A DNA stretch of 64,000 nucleotides from Candidatus Dojkabacteria bacterium. Lineage in GTDB: Bacteria > Patescibacteriota > Dojkabacteria > SC72. Shown one piece after another: positions 10,123 to 20,200 of the stretch. Position 1 is the stretch's first letter. Each line of letters opens with the position of its first letter. Made by a program: the position numbers and the translations under genes. A model generated the notes under the pieces. That model searched no databases and was not told the DNA's origin. It was given only the letters and a program-made list of their open reading frames with translations. The stretch is taken from the NCBI GenBank assembly GCA_012513575.1, contig JAAZBX010000002.1, forward strand, positions 104,574 through 168,573, in the 5' to 3' direction.

Positions 10123-10848
10123 ATGCAATTACCAAAATTAAAAAGATATCAAAAGAAGTATGATTTTTCGTATGCATTTGGTGCATATCCTGTACTTGAT
10201 CTTTTAAAATACCGAAAGGAGAAAGTACTTAAGATTTTTGTTAAGAGTGAGGGATTACAAAGTGATGGGATATCTGAAATTTCAGAGATTTGTAAAAAAG
10301 AAAATATTTCATTTGAAGAAAATAACCGATTGATTGACAAGATAGCTTATAAAGAGAATACATATGTGGTGGGTGTTTTTGAGAAATATGAATGTATTTT
10401 AGAACAGAATGAGAACCATATTGTTCTTGTAAATCCAAGTAATGCGGGTAATTTAGGGACAATAATTAGAACAATGATTGGTTTTGATTTTAGAAATCTT
10501 GCAATTATTAAACCAGGTGTAGATATTTTTGATCCTCTTGTTGTCAGGTCTACGATGGGGGCGTTGTTTGGAATCAACTTTAAGTATTTTGAGAGTTTTA
10601 AGGGGTATACAGAGGCTTACAAGGCACACAATTTGTATCCCTTTATGTTGGATGGAGCAAAGAATATTCTTGATATTGATTTTAAAGAACCTTTTTCATT
10701 TGTGCAGGGGAATGAGGGTAAGGGATTAGATGCCGGTTTCAAAGATTTCGGAGAGAGTATATATATTCCACACTCAGAGAAGATAGACTCTTTGAATCTT
10801 TCAGTCGCAACAGCTATTGGTATGTGGGAGTACAGTCGAAGAAAGTAG
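10123..10848 (+). CDS. TrmH/SpoU-family RNA 2'-O-methyltransferase
   Basis: NAGNLGTIIRT, GNEGKGL, IDSLNLSVA SPOUT motifs. Confidence 0.92.
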   Translation: MQLPKLKRYQKKYDFSYAFGAYPVLDLLKYRKEKVLKIFVKSEGLQSDGISEISEICKKENISFEENNRLIDKIAYKENTYVVGVFEKYECILEQNENHIVLVNPSNAGNLGTIIRTMIGFDFRNLAIIKPGVDIFDPLVVRSTMGALFGINFKYFESFKGYTEAYKAHNLYPFMLDGAKNILDIDFKEPFSFVQGNEGKGLDAGFKDFGESIYIPHSEKIDSLNLSVATAIGMWEYSRRK

Positions 10849-10900
10849 TAGTTTTCCTTTGTGGTGATATAATGGGGGATTAATTTAATATTAATTAAAT

Positions 10901-12027
10901 ATGTTCCCCCTAAAAGTTTTAGAGATTTCAAAAGAGCAAAAGGAAAGATTTAACAAGTATTTTGTAGAAGAGGATGGTAAATTCATGTTCAAAGGTATGT
11001 TCACTTTGTAGACCACTATACAGTCTTAACGGAGGGACAGAAAGAATATCTTGCGGTAGCAGATGCTTATCTTTGTGTTTCGAATACGTTACCAAGTAAT
11101 GAACTTGAGATATACGCAAACAAGATATATGAGGCATTAAAGAAAAACGGTTTCGTAGAAGCAGAGAAAGGTCTTTACAAGAAAGAGAATCTGTTGATTG
11201 AATTTAAGTATTTTGATGATCATCCCAAAAATAAAGAAGGTAATGTCTCGTTCCCCGCAGGCTATCGTTCATTAGACATATTTGTTTACTCTGAGGGAAA
11301 TGAGTTTGAAAGTCACTATGACAGAATGTGGGAACATTCTACAAAGATGTTTAGAATTCCAGATAAAAGGGAGAATCCTTTGTATGCAACTGATGTAAAA
11401 TTGATAGAGAAGTATCTCCCCGCACAGGTGGAAATGGGTTGTGGGCCATCAATTGAGGTTGGAATTCCTCCTCTACATGGAATGCACGAGACTTACAAAG
11501 TTCAGAATCACCTAACTCACAAATTCTACTTCGCTGATATGGATTATTTGATATTGCAAATTATCGAGAATCCTCTTGAGATGTATAAAAAGTTTTCAAG
11601 AGTCCCCATTCTATGTCTTACATCTGAACACTCTGATGCATATTTGAAGTTTAAAAAGTATTATGACAAAGGTTTGTTTGTAGGAACTGTATACAACAAC
11701 AATTTTGATAGGTTAGTTAAGAGATTAGATATTCCAGAATTTATTTTGCGAATATATGACAAAAAGAGGTATTTACCAAAGATTGATTTTGATCCAAAAG
11801 CAAAATCATTAATTTGTTTTGGTTCTCATGCAGATAGGAGAATGGTTCAAAAACAAGCAAGAGAGAAGGGTCTTCAAATTATATTTGTTGATCCAGAGGG
11901 TTTTGATACACCAAATGGATTTGATTCTTATCCAATAGAGGGTCCTAAGGATGGAGATATTATTTTCAAGATGCCATTCTCAGAATTTATGGATAAGTTT
12001 GATAAATATTTTGAGAAAAGAAACTAA
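10901..12027 (+). pseudogene. Sir2-like (sirtuin-fold) protein, apparently frameshifted near 10981-11011
   Basis: ATG 10901 frame stops at TAG 11009-11011; the adjacent frame is open 10981-12027 and carries GCGPSIEVGIPP, NNNFD, LICFGSHAD and IIFVDP, resembling Sir2 NAD-binding motifs. Confidence 0.55.
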
Positions 12028-12094
12028 CTTAGACAAAGTTCTGGTTGAGTGAAATTTGAAAAAATGGTATAATACTAATGTTCTTTACAAATAT

Positions 12095-12501
12095 GGGGAC
12101 GTCAGGCTATCGACAGAAGCTTGATTCTAGTTATCACAAACCGTTTGTTAAGTTCGTTATTCTTAACACACATTATAAGTGTAAAAAATAAAATCGTCGC
12201 TTTTGCAGAGCAGTTAAAAGCAGCTGTTTCAGCTCCACTTTATAACTATAACTTTGCATAAGTTTAACTGATTAATTTCGGTTAATGTCTTTTATCCTTT
12301 TCCCTAATGAGGGATGTAAGACAGTCGTTATTAGGGTATGGTCTTCTATCAGGTCAGTAGGGTAGTAGATTGAAAAATATAACTGAGGAGATGTACTTTT
12401 TGTCTAATCTTTTAGGTATGTCTTACTAAACAAGAGTAGATATGTTTGTATATGGTGCTAGATGACACTTTTGGACATGGGTTCAATTCCCATCGTCTCC
12501 A
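12095..12501 (+). ncRNA. ssrA: tmRNA
   Basis: 5' GGGGACGTCAGGCTATCGAC, 3' GGACATGGGTTCAATTCCCATCGTCTCCA tRNA-Ala-like ends; tag ORF 12181-12261 after ATAAGT; smpB in the window. Confidence 0.93.
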
Positions 12502-12526
12502 CATTGTAAAGATTTAAATGTGGAAA

Positions 12527-12934
12527 CTATTTCTCTTTTGTAATTAACTTTTTTACATCTATAAGCCCTTTTATCAAAACAGGAACTAGTAAGATTGGGA
12601 TAATTGGCAAAGAATCATCAAACATCAGAAATTCAGCAATAATAGCAACAATTGTAAGTATTATTGAGTAAATAAATATTTTCTCTGTACTTTTAGGAGT
12701 TTCAAGTTTGTCTTTTCTAAGCTTGTTCCCAAATATAAATATTCCGATGGAAACAAAAATAGAAGCAGAGAAGTAGACAATATCTATTGTAGATATGCTC
12801 TCAGAAGTATATACATCGTAGTATATAAATTGCCCGGCGATAAAGACTATCTGCCTAAGTAGGAAAATTATAGAGATAATAAAAACAATCCATCCGATAG
12901 CTTTTATCGTTTTTTTTGTTTCCTCTTGGTCCAT
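12527..12934 (-). CDS. Hypothetical membrane protein
   Basis: 135-aa ORF, ~4 TM. Confidence 0.65.
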   Translation of the reverse strand: MDQEETKKTIKAIGWIVFIISIIFLLRQIVFIAGQFIYYDVYTSESISTIDIVYFSASIFVSIGIFIFGNKLRKDKLETPKSTEKIFIYSIILTIVAIIAEFLMFDDSLPIIPILLVPVLIKGLIDVKKLITKEK

Positions 12935-13063
12935 TTAATTATTGTTTAATTTAATAAAAAAATCATATATCTTTATTCCTTCACCGTCAACGTCTATCCT
13001 GCCTTTAATTGTATAAAGCCAATAATTTAGGTATATTAAACTAATAAATTAATATTAATCTAA

Positions 13064-13696
13064 ATGGAAGATAAAAAATATCTCAACGAGGAAAAATATC
13101 AAAAAGTTGTAAAAAAGTTATCTAAAATATCAATTGTCATATTAATATTGGGTCTCTTAATAGGGGGAGGATTAATAGCGTATGGATTTTTCAAATCCAA
13201 TGAAAAAACAACACCAGCAGTTGTGAAGGAAGAAGAGAAAAGTGAAGAGGATATTAAGGCAGAGATTCAGGCTTTAGAAAATGAAATAGCTCCTTTAGAA
13301 GCAAAAAAGGCTGAAGAATTTACACAAAACGGCTTTTCTGAGGAATACTACAGACTCTCAAATCAAATAGAGGAGAAAGATATAAAGTTAGGCAGTTTAA
13401 GAGTTGGGTCATTTGAAGAATCGAAGGTTTTTGAAGATTTTAAAGAGAAGTCGGATTCAATTGTAAAGAAAGTAAAATACTCTCCTTTCTATATGATAGG
13501 TGGTTTTATCATTTTTGCATCATTTGTAGTCTCTTTCATGGTATTTCTCTTTTCCAAGAGAAGAGAGATTTCAGCTTTCTCAGTACAGCAGAGTATGCCT
13601 GTGGCTAAGGAAGGTTTGGAAAAGATTGCGCCTTCATTGGGCGAAGTAGGAAAAGAAATTGCAAAAGGAATCAAAGAAGGGACAAAGGAGGAATAG
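13064..13696 (+). CDS. Hypothetical two-TM protein with coiled-coil loop
   Basis: 210-aa ORF, TM-coiled coil-TM. Confidence 0.7.
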   Translation: MEDKKYLNEEKYQKVVKKLSKISIVILILGLLIGGGLIAYGFFKSNEKTTPAVVKEEEKSEEDIKAEIQALENEIAPLEAKKAEEFTQNGFSEEYYRLSNQIEEKDIKLGSLRVGSFEESKVFEDFKEKSDSIVKKVKYSPFYMIGGFIIFASFVVSFMVFLFSKRREISAFSVQQSMPVAKEGLEKIAPSLGEVGKEIAKGIKEGTKEE

Positions 13697-13697
13697 A

Positions 13698-14324
13698 TTA
13701 AAGCGAAAGAAGTAGCACAACGATAATACCAAGCACCATAAATGGAACAAAGGGTATTTTTAATCCCTTAAACCTCTTTTTCTTGTAAGCAAGTATCAAA
13801 CCATAGATTAAAGCAGTAAAGATAGTAATATATAGCCAAAGTATTAAATTACTACTCCCAATTAAAAGACCACAGATAATTGCAATCCTAACATCTCCTT
13901 GTCCTAGTCCTTTCTCTTTAGTAATTACAACAATCAATTGAAATATCAGACCTAATATAATAGCTCCAATTAAATTCTCATAAGGGAGATAGAAGTAATT
14001 TCTTGTTACTTCAAGTCCCCAAGTACTTCCTTTAACTAGAAAAAAAGAGACATTCAAAAGTAAGAGGGTGATAATTAGATAAAGAGACACCTTTTGATCT
14101 ACCTCCATCGTTTTGAAATCCTTTAATGCGAGAAAGAGGAGCAGGGTAAATATGAGAAGAAGAATCAAAAGGATAAATACTGTTTTAAAAGAACAGGTGG
14201 AATTGAGAAGGACTTTAAAGCTTGCAAAAAGCTGTACTAGAATAAATACTGTGATACTTATGATCTCTTCGATTTTTAATTTCTCTTTAAATATTTGAAA
14301 TTTCAAATGGGTCCGAATTAACAT
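13698..14324 (-). CDS. Prepilin peptidase (A24), lacking the N-terminal Zn-binding domain; start uncertain
   Basis: Catalytic Asp motifs LKDFKTM and GLGQGD, C-terminal IPFVPFM; last gene of pilus operon. Confidence 0.85.
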   Translation of the reverse strand: MLIRTHLKFQIFKEKLKIEEIISITVFILVQLFASFKVLLNSTCSFKTVFILLILLLIFTLLLFLALKDFKTMEVDQKVSLYLIITLLLLNVSFFLVKGSTWGLEVTRNYFYLPYENLIGAIILGLIFQLIVVITKEKGLGQGDVRIAIICGLLIGSSNLILWLYITIFTALIYGLILAYKKKRFKGLKIPFVPFMVLGIIVVLLLSL

Positions 14325-14664
14325 TTAATTCTTTTAGGATATTTACATAATTATCTGAATCATCTGTTGCTGTTATGCTCAAAAGTTTAACTCCAGGTTC
14401 TCCAACCTTCTCAGCTATTATTGAATTGCAACTCCAACCTTCCTGAGTCATTGAGAATACTCCAACAAAGAGGTGGTCTCTTTTAATTTTGTATACACTT
14501 TCTTCAAGGCAGGTCTCAGCATTTATTTGGAGTATGTTACTGTCATAGGTCATTTTGCTTGTAAGGAGTAGTCCAATATTTTTGTAAACTAAATCAATTC
14601 CTGTTAGAAGAAGGATTGGTAATACTATTAATACGGTTGTTAGTGCAATATATCCTTTTTTCAT
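14287..14664 (-). CDS. PilX-like minor pilin
   Basis: MKKG|YIALTTVL class III signal without E5; AETCLEE. Confidence 0.75.
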   Translation of the reverse strand: MKKGYIALTTVLIVLPILLLTGIDLVYKNIGLLLTSKMTYDSNILQINAETCLEESVYKIKRDHLFVGVFSMTQEGWSCNSIIAEKVGEPGVKLLSITATDDSDNYVNILKELNVNSDPFEISNI

Positions 14665-14666
14665 TG

Positions 14667-15143
14667 TTATCTAATTATTGCTAAAAAACTTATCGTTTTT
14701 GATTGGCTATACTTGCTTCCCGATACAATCTCAACAGTTATCTTTGTTGCAACTACTTCATTTTTTCGATTTGTCACTGGTTCAAGATACATCTTTATTA
14801 CTTGTATATTACTTGGTGTAATGGGAATAGAGTTGTAAAGGATTCTAGAATTTTCCAAACGATATATCTTTTCCCCATCTTTGAGCATTACTGAGAGAAC
14901 TCCAGAGTCGTTGTTAAATATTGTATTGGTTGTATTAATACTTAAAGTTTTGCTGAATGTGTCCTGTATATGCTGGATTACGAAAGAAGAAGATTGCAGG
15001 GCAAGAACTCTACTTGCTGTTCTCTGGCTTGATTCTTGTGCGGAGAGCATGAATGAAACAATTATTATCATGATTGAAGCAGTAAGCCCTATGTAGAGAA
15101 CCGTTTCAAACAATGTTAATCCTTTTAATTTGTTACTTTTCAT
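14667..15143 (-). CDS. Minor pilin (PilW/GspJ-like)
   Basis: KG|LTLFETVLYIGL class III signal; ATG 15143 preferred. Confidence 0.8.
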   Translation of the reverse strand: MKSNKLKGLTLFETVLYIGLTASIMIIIVSFMLSAQESSQRTASRVLALQSSSFVIQHIQDTFSKTLSINTTNTIFNNDSGVLSVMLKDGEKIYRLENSRILYNSIPITPSNIQVIKMYLEPVTNRKNEVVATKITVEIVSGSKYSQSKTISFLAIIR

Positions 15144-17061
15144 AGCTAATAGAGAGTTCCTTAAGTAAAGATGTTGTATCCGTATTTGAAACAAAGTCAG
15201 CTTTGTACTGGAAATATCTTCCATGGAGTGGAGCAGTAAGGTAGTAAATGCCTGTGGTTGAGTAGTAAGTATCCGGGGTGTTGTCTGGTCCCACCCAAGT
15301 GCTTCCTTCCATTGTAGCTGAGGAGCTTGCCCTTAGTTGAATTTTTAATTCAGAACCTACTGGAATTTCGGTATCTAAAGTTAAAGTGTAAAAAGTGGCA
15401 GTTTCGGAGGTAGTATCTAAAATTTTTGACAGATATTGACCAGAAGGAAGATATCCATAACCATCGTCTCCTCCGCCTCCGTTTCCTCCTTCAATTACTT
15501 TGAGCTCATTTGTTGAATCTGATGTAAGTACATATGTGTAAAGGTGTTCTCCAAGAATTACTAAATCCATGGAATTGATTGATGTTGAGATACTCAATTG
15601 CCCACATTGAGTGGCTGAGGTCCCTGTGGAGATATCAAGTACAATGTAGTCTGGGTTTCCATACCCACCCTCTCCTCCAATCATAACTCTGTTCTCTACC
15701 GCAGTAATTGAGCTTACAGCAAGTGTCCCTAGTTCGTATGAGAAAACAAGTGGGTATTCTGTATACTTGTTTGAGATATCAAGGACATAGAATTCGTGTC
15801 CAGCATTTGTGCTTGTCCCTACATATGCTTTGTTCTTGTCTAGGGAGATAAAGAGGGCAGTAGGGGTAATGCTTCCCAAATTTGCTTTGCCTACTAGCGT
15901 AATTGTGGGAGAATAAGTGTAAACTTTTAGGTTGTAAGTATCACCACTTACAGTGACATACATGAAATTTTCATCAACATACAAATCAGTTACCAAAGCT
16001 CCTCCGCCTCCTACAGAAACAGATCTTAATGTACTTCTTGATCCTGTTTTTACTGTAATATCAAAGAGTGTTACATTGTTTCTGTAACTTACAAATCCAA
16101 TATTCCCATATCCTGCGACATGTTGGCCATCAACATTCCCAGACAAATCATACCATCCGACCTCCTGATAGGGAGAAATATTTGTACTTATGATAGACAC
16201 CTCCTTTGAGTTTGTGTCTGACCCAATTAATGCATATCCATCAGGGAGAGCTTGTATATCATTGGTTTTTCCAAGATCGACATTCCCATTTACTGTTAAT
16301 ATTGGTTCTCCATTTGAATTCTCTGTTACTGTCGCCTTTACAAAAGAGAGACCTGAAGCGTTGTCCCCTGTTCCCATATATATGGTATTCCCATGGGTAG
16401 AAATTGTTTTTGCTACACCTTGTCCTGGCAGGTCAAAAGCATATGTACTAAGAGATGGCCTGCACCAATCAAAATACCTTTGGGGGGCAAGCCTTAATTC
16501 TCCTCCATATGTCTCTTGTGCTAGGGTATCGGTATATGTCCCTAGGTCAAAATCTGCTTTTGAAGTAAATACAACTGAATTAATATTCCAGTCATTTAAA
16601 AATAGCTTTGGAGTAAGTGTGTAAAGTTTCCCCAATCTATCTCTCCATTGGATATTAATATCTACAGTTCTTGTATGAGGATCTAGCGTGCCACCCTCGC
16701 TGACTATCTCCCCCAAGTTATTTCTGTAGGCATACGAGATGGTAAAAAAGTAGTTTAAAGAATTTTGAACTCCAGGACCCTCAGCTATACTGTACGTTCC
16801 GTCAACAAACTCGATATGCCTTTCTCCTCCATCTGTTTCTTTGGAAATACCAAACCACTCCTCAGATTTAACAAATTTTAGAGCGGAGTATATATCCCTC
16901 GTTAAATTTGCAGCATTTGTCCTTTTCTCAATATTTTCATATGCTCTTGTGGCATCTACCATCAAGAAAATCAGAAAAGAAGATATAACCGCAAAAAGTC
17001 CAATAGAGAGAACTATCTCAGTTAAGCTAAAACCTTCCAATTTTTTCTTCTTTTTATTCAT
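15133..17061 (-). CDS. Large pilin-like protein with beta-rich/propeller C-terminal region (putative tip adhesin)
   Basis: EG|FSLTEIVL prepilin motif; repeated beta-strand units (FYVLDIS, YIVLDIS, VTLFDIT). Confidence 0.75.
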   Translation of the reverse strand: MNKKKKKLEGFSLTEIVLSIGLFAVISSFLIFLMVDATRAYENIEKRTNAANLTRDIYSALKFVKSEEWFGISKETDGGERHIEFVDGTYSIAEGPGVQNSLNYFFTISYAYRNNLGEIVSEGGTLDPHTRTVDINIQWRDRLGKLYTLTPKLFLNDWNINSVVFTSKADFDLGTYTDTLAQETYGGELRLAPQRYFDWCRPSLSTYAFDLPGQGVAKTISTHGNTIYMGTGDNASGLSFVKATVTENSNGEPILTVNGNVDLGKTNDIQALPDGYALIGSDTNSKEVSIISTNISPYQEVGWYDLSGNVDGQHVAGYGNIGFVSYRNNVTLFDITVKTGSRSTLRSVSVGGGGALVTDLYVDENFMYVTVSGDTYNLKVYTYSPTITLVGKANLGSITPTALFISLDKNKAYVGTSTNAGHEFYVLDISNKYTEYPLVFSYELGTLAVSSITAVENRVMIGGEGGYGNPDYIVLDISTGTSATQCGQLSISTSINSMDLVILGEHLYTYVLTSDSTNELKVIEGGNGGGGDDGYGYLPSGQYLSKILDTTSETATFYTLTLDTEIPVGSELKIQLRASSSATMEGSTWVGPDNTPDTYYSTTGIYYLTAPLHGRYFQYKADFVSNTDTTSLLKELSISYEK

Positions 17062-17515
17062 ATTCTATCAACCCCTCCTCATTTATACTTACTTTAACTG
17101 ATTGCGAACCTATTCCAACATATATGTTTCCAAAAGATACTGGCTTGAAAGAGTCATTTGGGAAGAGAATTGAGTTATCAGTTGTTAATGCTGTTGAAGA
17201 AATATATGTGTTTTTAGGAAGAACTTTTTCGTCTTTTTCTGTTCCTGTATCAAAGGAGTCCCCATCAAAAAGGTAATATCTTCCGTTGGTAAAATATATC
17301 CCTGTTGAGATATTTTTGCTTTTTGCTCTTTGTTGTTGATAGTAGATATCGGAAGCTATCTGAGAAGCGTACCCCTTTATCTTTGATTTTTGGACATTTC
17401 CAAGAGTTGTAGGGAATGTTAATGCCGAAATTAGAAGTAAAAGCCCCAGAGTAAGGATAATTTCAAGGAGAGAGAAGCCTTTCAAATCTTTTGTTTTTAA
17501 TTTTTTCCTAACCAT
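17054..17515 (-). CDS. Minor pilin (FimT/GspH-like)
   Basis: KG|FSLLEIIL; C-terminal VSINEEGLI. Confidence 0.8.
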   Translation of the reverse strand: MVRKKLKTKDLKGFSLLEIILTLGLLLLISALTFPTTLGNVQKSKIKGYASQIASDIYYQQQRAKSKNISTGIYFTNGRYYLFDGDSFDTGTEKDEKVLPKNTYISSTALTTDNSILFPNDSFKPVSFGNIYVGIGSQSVKVSINEEGLIEYE

Positions 17516-18707
17516 TGATAGTACCCATTAATTGATAGATTGGCATGAGAACAGTAATTCCCAGACCCCCAATTATTGCTCCTACCAAAATTAGAAGAAG
17601 AGGTTCTACGAATGTAACAATATTGTTGCTCATTTCAGTTACTTCTTCTGAGTAGAATTCGTGAAGGTACATGAGATTATCTTCCAAAGAGCCACTTACC
17701 TCACCGATATCCACCATTTTTACGAAAGAGGTGTTGAAATATTTAGGATATTCAGCAAGTGAGATGGAGAGATCTTTCCCATCATGGATACTTTGGTGTA
17801 TTTCTTTTAAGATCCCTGCATAGATGGAATTACTTGTCGTGGCAGAAGCGATTTCCATTGATTGCTCTAGAGGAATTCCACTTGCTAGAAGGACGCTTAA
17901 TGTCCTTGAAAAGGAAGCAAGAATGTTTGCGATAAAGAGTTTTTTGAGGATTGGGAAATGTATTGCAAGCCATCCGAGGAATTTTTTACCAGATTTTGTT
18001 TTAAGATAAAGAATAATTAAGGTAATAATGACTGCTAATATTGCAAATATATACATCCAATTTGTTCTAATGAACTTTGAGGCGCTCATTATGAAGAGAG
18101 TGAATTTAGGAATATTCTCAAAAGCCTCAAACATTGTTTCAAGTTTAGGAAGAACGATAAAGATCATTCCAAGAAATTCCATTAGAGTCATTCCCACAAT
18201 TATGACTGGGTAGATAATTGCTCCTTTGAGTTTTTTGTTTATCTCCCATTCTTTTTGAATTGTCTCCGCAACAAATATTAAGTTTTTTTCTAAGGAGCCA
18301 CCTTTCTCTCCAGCCTCGACAACAGAGGATATTGTTCTTGGGAATACTTTCGGAAATAGATTCATAGCTTTAGCCAAACTTACGCCTTTTTTTACTTCGT
18401 TGGATATATAGTCGTATATCTTATTTAAATTTTGATCACTTGATTGTCCAGAGATGGTCTCAATCGTTTCTGACAATGGGATTCCTGCTTTTAATAGGGC
18501 AGCTAGGGATTTAATTGAAATTAGTAGTGTAGGGACTTTAATCTTGTAACTCTGTAAAGTTTTTAGTAGCTTAGCTTTTTTCTTGTCCTCTATCTGAATT
18601 TGGCTTGTTTTTTCCTCCCCTATTGTCTCTTTGGTCTTAACGGCTTCTTCCTTTTTAACTTCTTCCACTAATTCTTCTTTTTTAGTTTGTTCCTTTTCTT
18701 CTTTCAT
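17508..18707 (-). CDS. pilC: Type IV pilus platform protein PilC/GspF
   Basis: LAALLKAGIPL, AGEKGGSL, AIIYP, IGEVSGSL, VEPLL. Confidence 0.95.
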   Translation of the reverse strand: MKEEKEQTKKEELVEEVKKEEAVKTKETIGEEKTSQIQIEDKKKAKLLKTLQSYKIKVPTLLISIKSLAALLKAGIPLSETIETISGQSSDQNLNKIYDYISNEVKKGVSLAKAMNLFPKVFPRTISSVVEAGEKGGSLEKNLIFVAETIQKEWEINKKLKGAIIYPVIIVGMTLMEFLGMIFIVLPKLETMFEAFENIPKFTLFIMSASKFIRTNWMYIFAILAVIITLIILYLKTKSGKKFLGWLAIHFPILKKLFIANILASFSRTLSVLLASGIPLEQSMEIASATTSNSIYAGILKEIHQSIHDGKDLSISLAEYPKYFNTSFVKMVDIGEVSGSLEDNLMYLHEFYSEEVTEMSNNIVTFVEPLLLILVGAIIGGLGITVLMPIYQLMGTING

Positions 18708-20131
18708 TAATCTTTTATTGCAATAACTCTTATTAATTCTTTTATATCTATCATACCATCTGTTAATTTACTTACTGCATCTTCAACCATGAGTTTGAAG
18801 TCACCCTTTTTAGCTGTTGTCAGAATTGCATCCATTGAAGGGTTAGAAATAATGGTGTCCCTTAAAGGTTTATCTATATACAACAACTCATAGATTCCGA
18901 CTCTTCCAGAGTATCCAGTGTTGTTACATTTCTCGCAGCCTACAGCTTTGTAAAGTTTTTGAGAGGGTTTAACAAATTTCTGTAGGTCAGGTCGTAATTT
19001 AAGTAACTCTTTGTTCTCTTCATCTTTTTCTAGTACATACTCTTTTTTACACTCTTTACAAAGTCTTCTTGCAAGTCTTTGAGCTACAACAATATTCAAT
19101 GTAGAGGCTATCAGGAATGGCTCAATCCCCATATCCACAAGTCTTGGGATGGCACTTACGGAATCATTTGCGTGAAGAGTAGAGAGAACTAGATGGCCAG
19201 TTAATGCTGAGTTTACAGTAATTCTTGCGGTCTCAGTGTCTCTAATCTCTCCGACCATGATTACATTTGGATCTTGTCTTAGAATAGACCTTAATCCTGT
19301 GGCGAATGTTAAATCACTTTTCACATTTATCTGTATGTGGTTTACACCATCGATACTGTATTCAACAGGGTCTTCAATAGTGGTAATGTTAACCTCTCTA
19401 GTGTTTAGAATTTTAAGGATAGAGTAGAGGGTTGTTGTTTTCCCACTTCCAGTTGGGCCAGTTATGAGGATGAGTCCGTACGGTTGTCTGTATGATTTTT
19501 CTAGGAATTCTAAATCATGGTTACTGAAACCTAAATCAGACATAGAGTACGACTTATTGGCTTGAGTGAGCAACCTTATTACAACTTTCTCACCAAAAGT
19601 CACAGGCAATATTGATACTCTTGCATCAACATTGTATGTGTCTTTTTCTAGAGATTGAAATGCCTCTAAACGGTTTAATGTCTTTTTGATTTCCTTTTCT
19701 TTCTCTTTTTCTTCGTCTTTACCCCATCTGCTCTTTTTTGGCTTCTCTTCCTCTTTTGTCTCTTCTGCTTCTTTTTCTTCTTCCTCTTTCTCGTTCTCTT
19801 CCTTGGATATTGGTTCTCCATCGATTAAGGATTTTTTGAATTCAAAAGGAATTTTTCCATCCTGAGGTGTTAGATGAACATCTGTTCTTAACTTAGCTCT
19901 TACTTTGATAATAAAGAGTAAGCTTTCTTTTAATTCTGGGCCAATGGAAATTGTGTCTCTTAGTACACCATCAACTCTGTATCGTACTAAAAGTGCATTG
20001 TCTTCTTTTGACTCTATGTGAATATCAGAAGCTCTGCTCTTTAGGGCATCTAGGATTAAAGCATCAAGAAAGTCAGATATATTAATCTTCTTCTTGAGCA
20101 CATCATCCATTAATTCTAGTAGTTCAATCAT
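18707..20131 (-). CDS. pilB: Type IV pilus assembly ATPase PilB/GspE
   Basis: ASDIHIE, GPTGSGKTTT, TIEDPVEY, LRQDPNVIMVGEIRD, STLH, two CxxC. Confidence 0.95.
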   Translation of the reverse strand: MIELLELMDDVLKKKINISDFLDALILDALKSRASDIHIESKEDNALLVRYRVDGVLRDTISIGPELKESLLFIIKVRAKLRTDVHLTPQDGKIPFEFKKSLIDGEPISKEENEKEEEEKEAEETKEEEKPKKSRWGKDEEKEKEKEIKKTLNRLEAFQSLEKDTYNVDARVSILPVTFGEKVVIRLLTQANKSYSMSDLGFSNHDLEFLEKSYRQPYGLILITGPTGSGKTTTLYSILKILNTREVNITTIEDPVEYSIDGVNHIQINVKSDLTFATGLRSILRQDPNVIMVGEIRDTETARITVNSALTGHLVLSTLHANDSVSAIPRLVDMGIEPFLIASTLNIVVAQRLARRLCKECKKEYVLEKDEENKELLKLRPDLQKFVKPSQKLYKAVGCEKCNNTGYSGRVGIYELLYIDKPLRDTIISNPSMDAILTTAKKGDFKLMVEDAVSKLTDGMIDIKELIRVIAIKD

Positions 20132-20200
20132 AACCCTAGGACAGCTAAGAGCTATCTGATATTCACTTTAAATACACAAAACACGTTATCTAGTAAGAAC

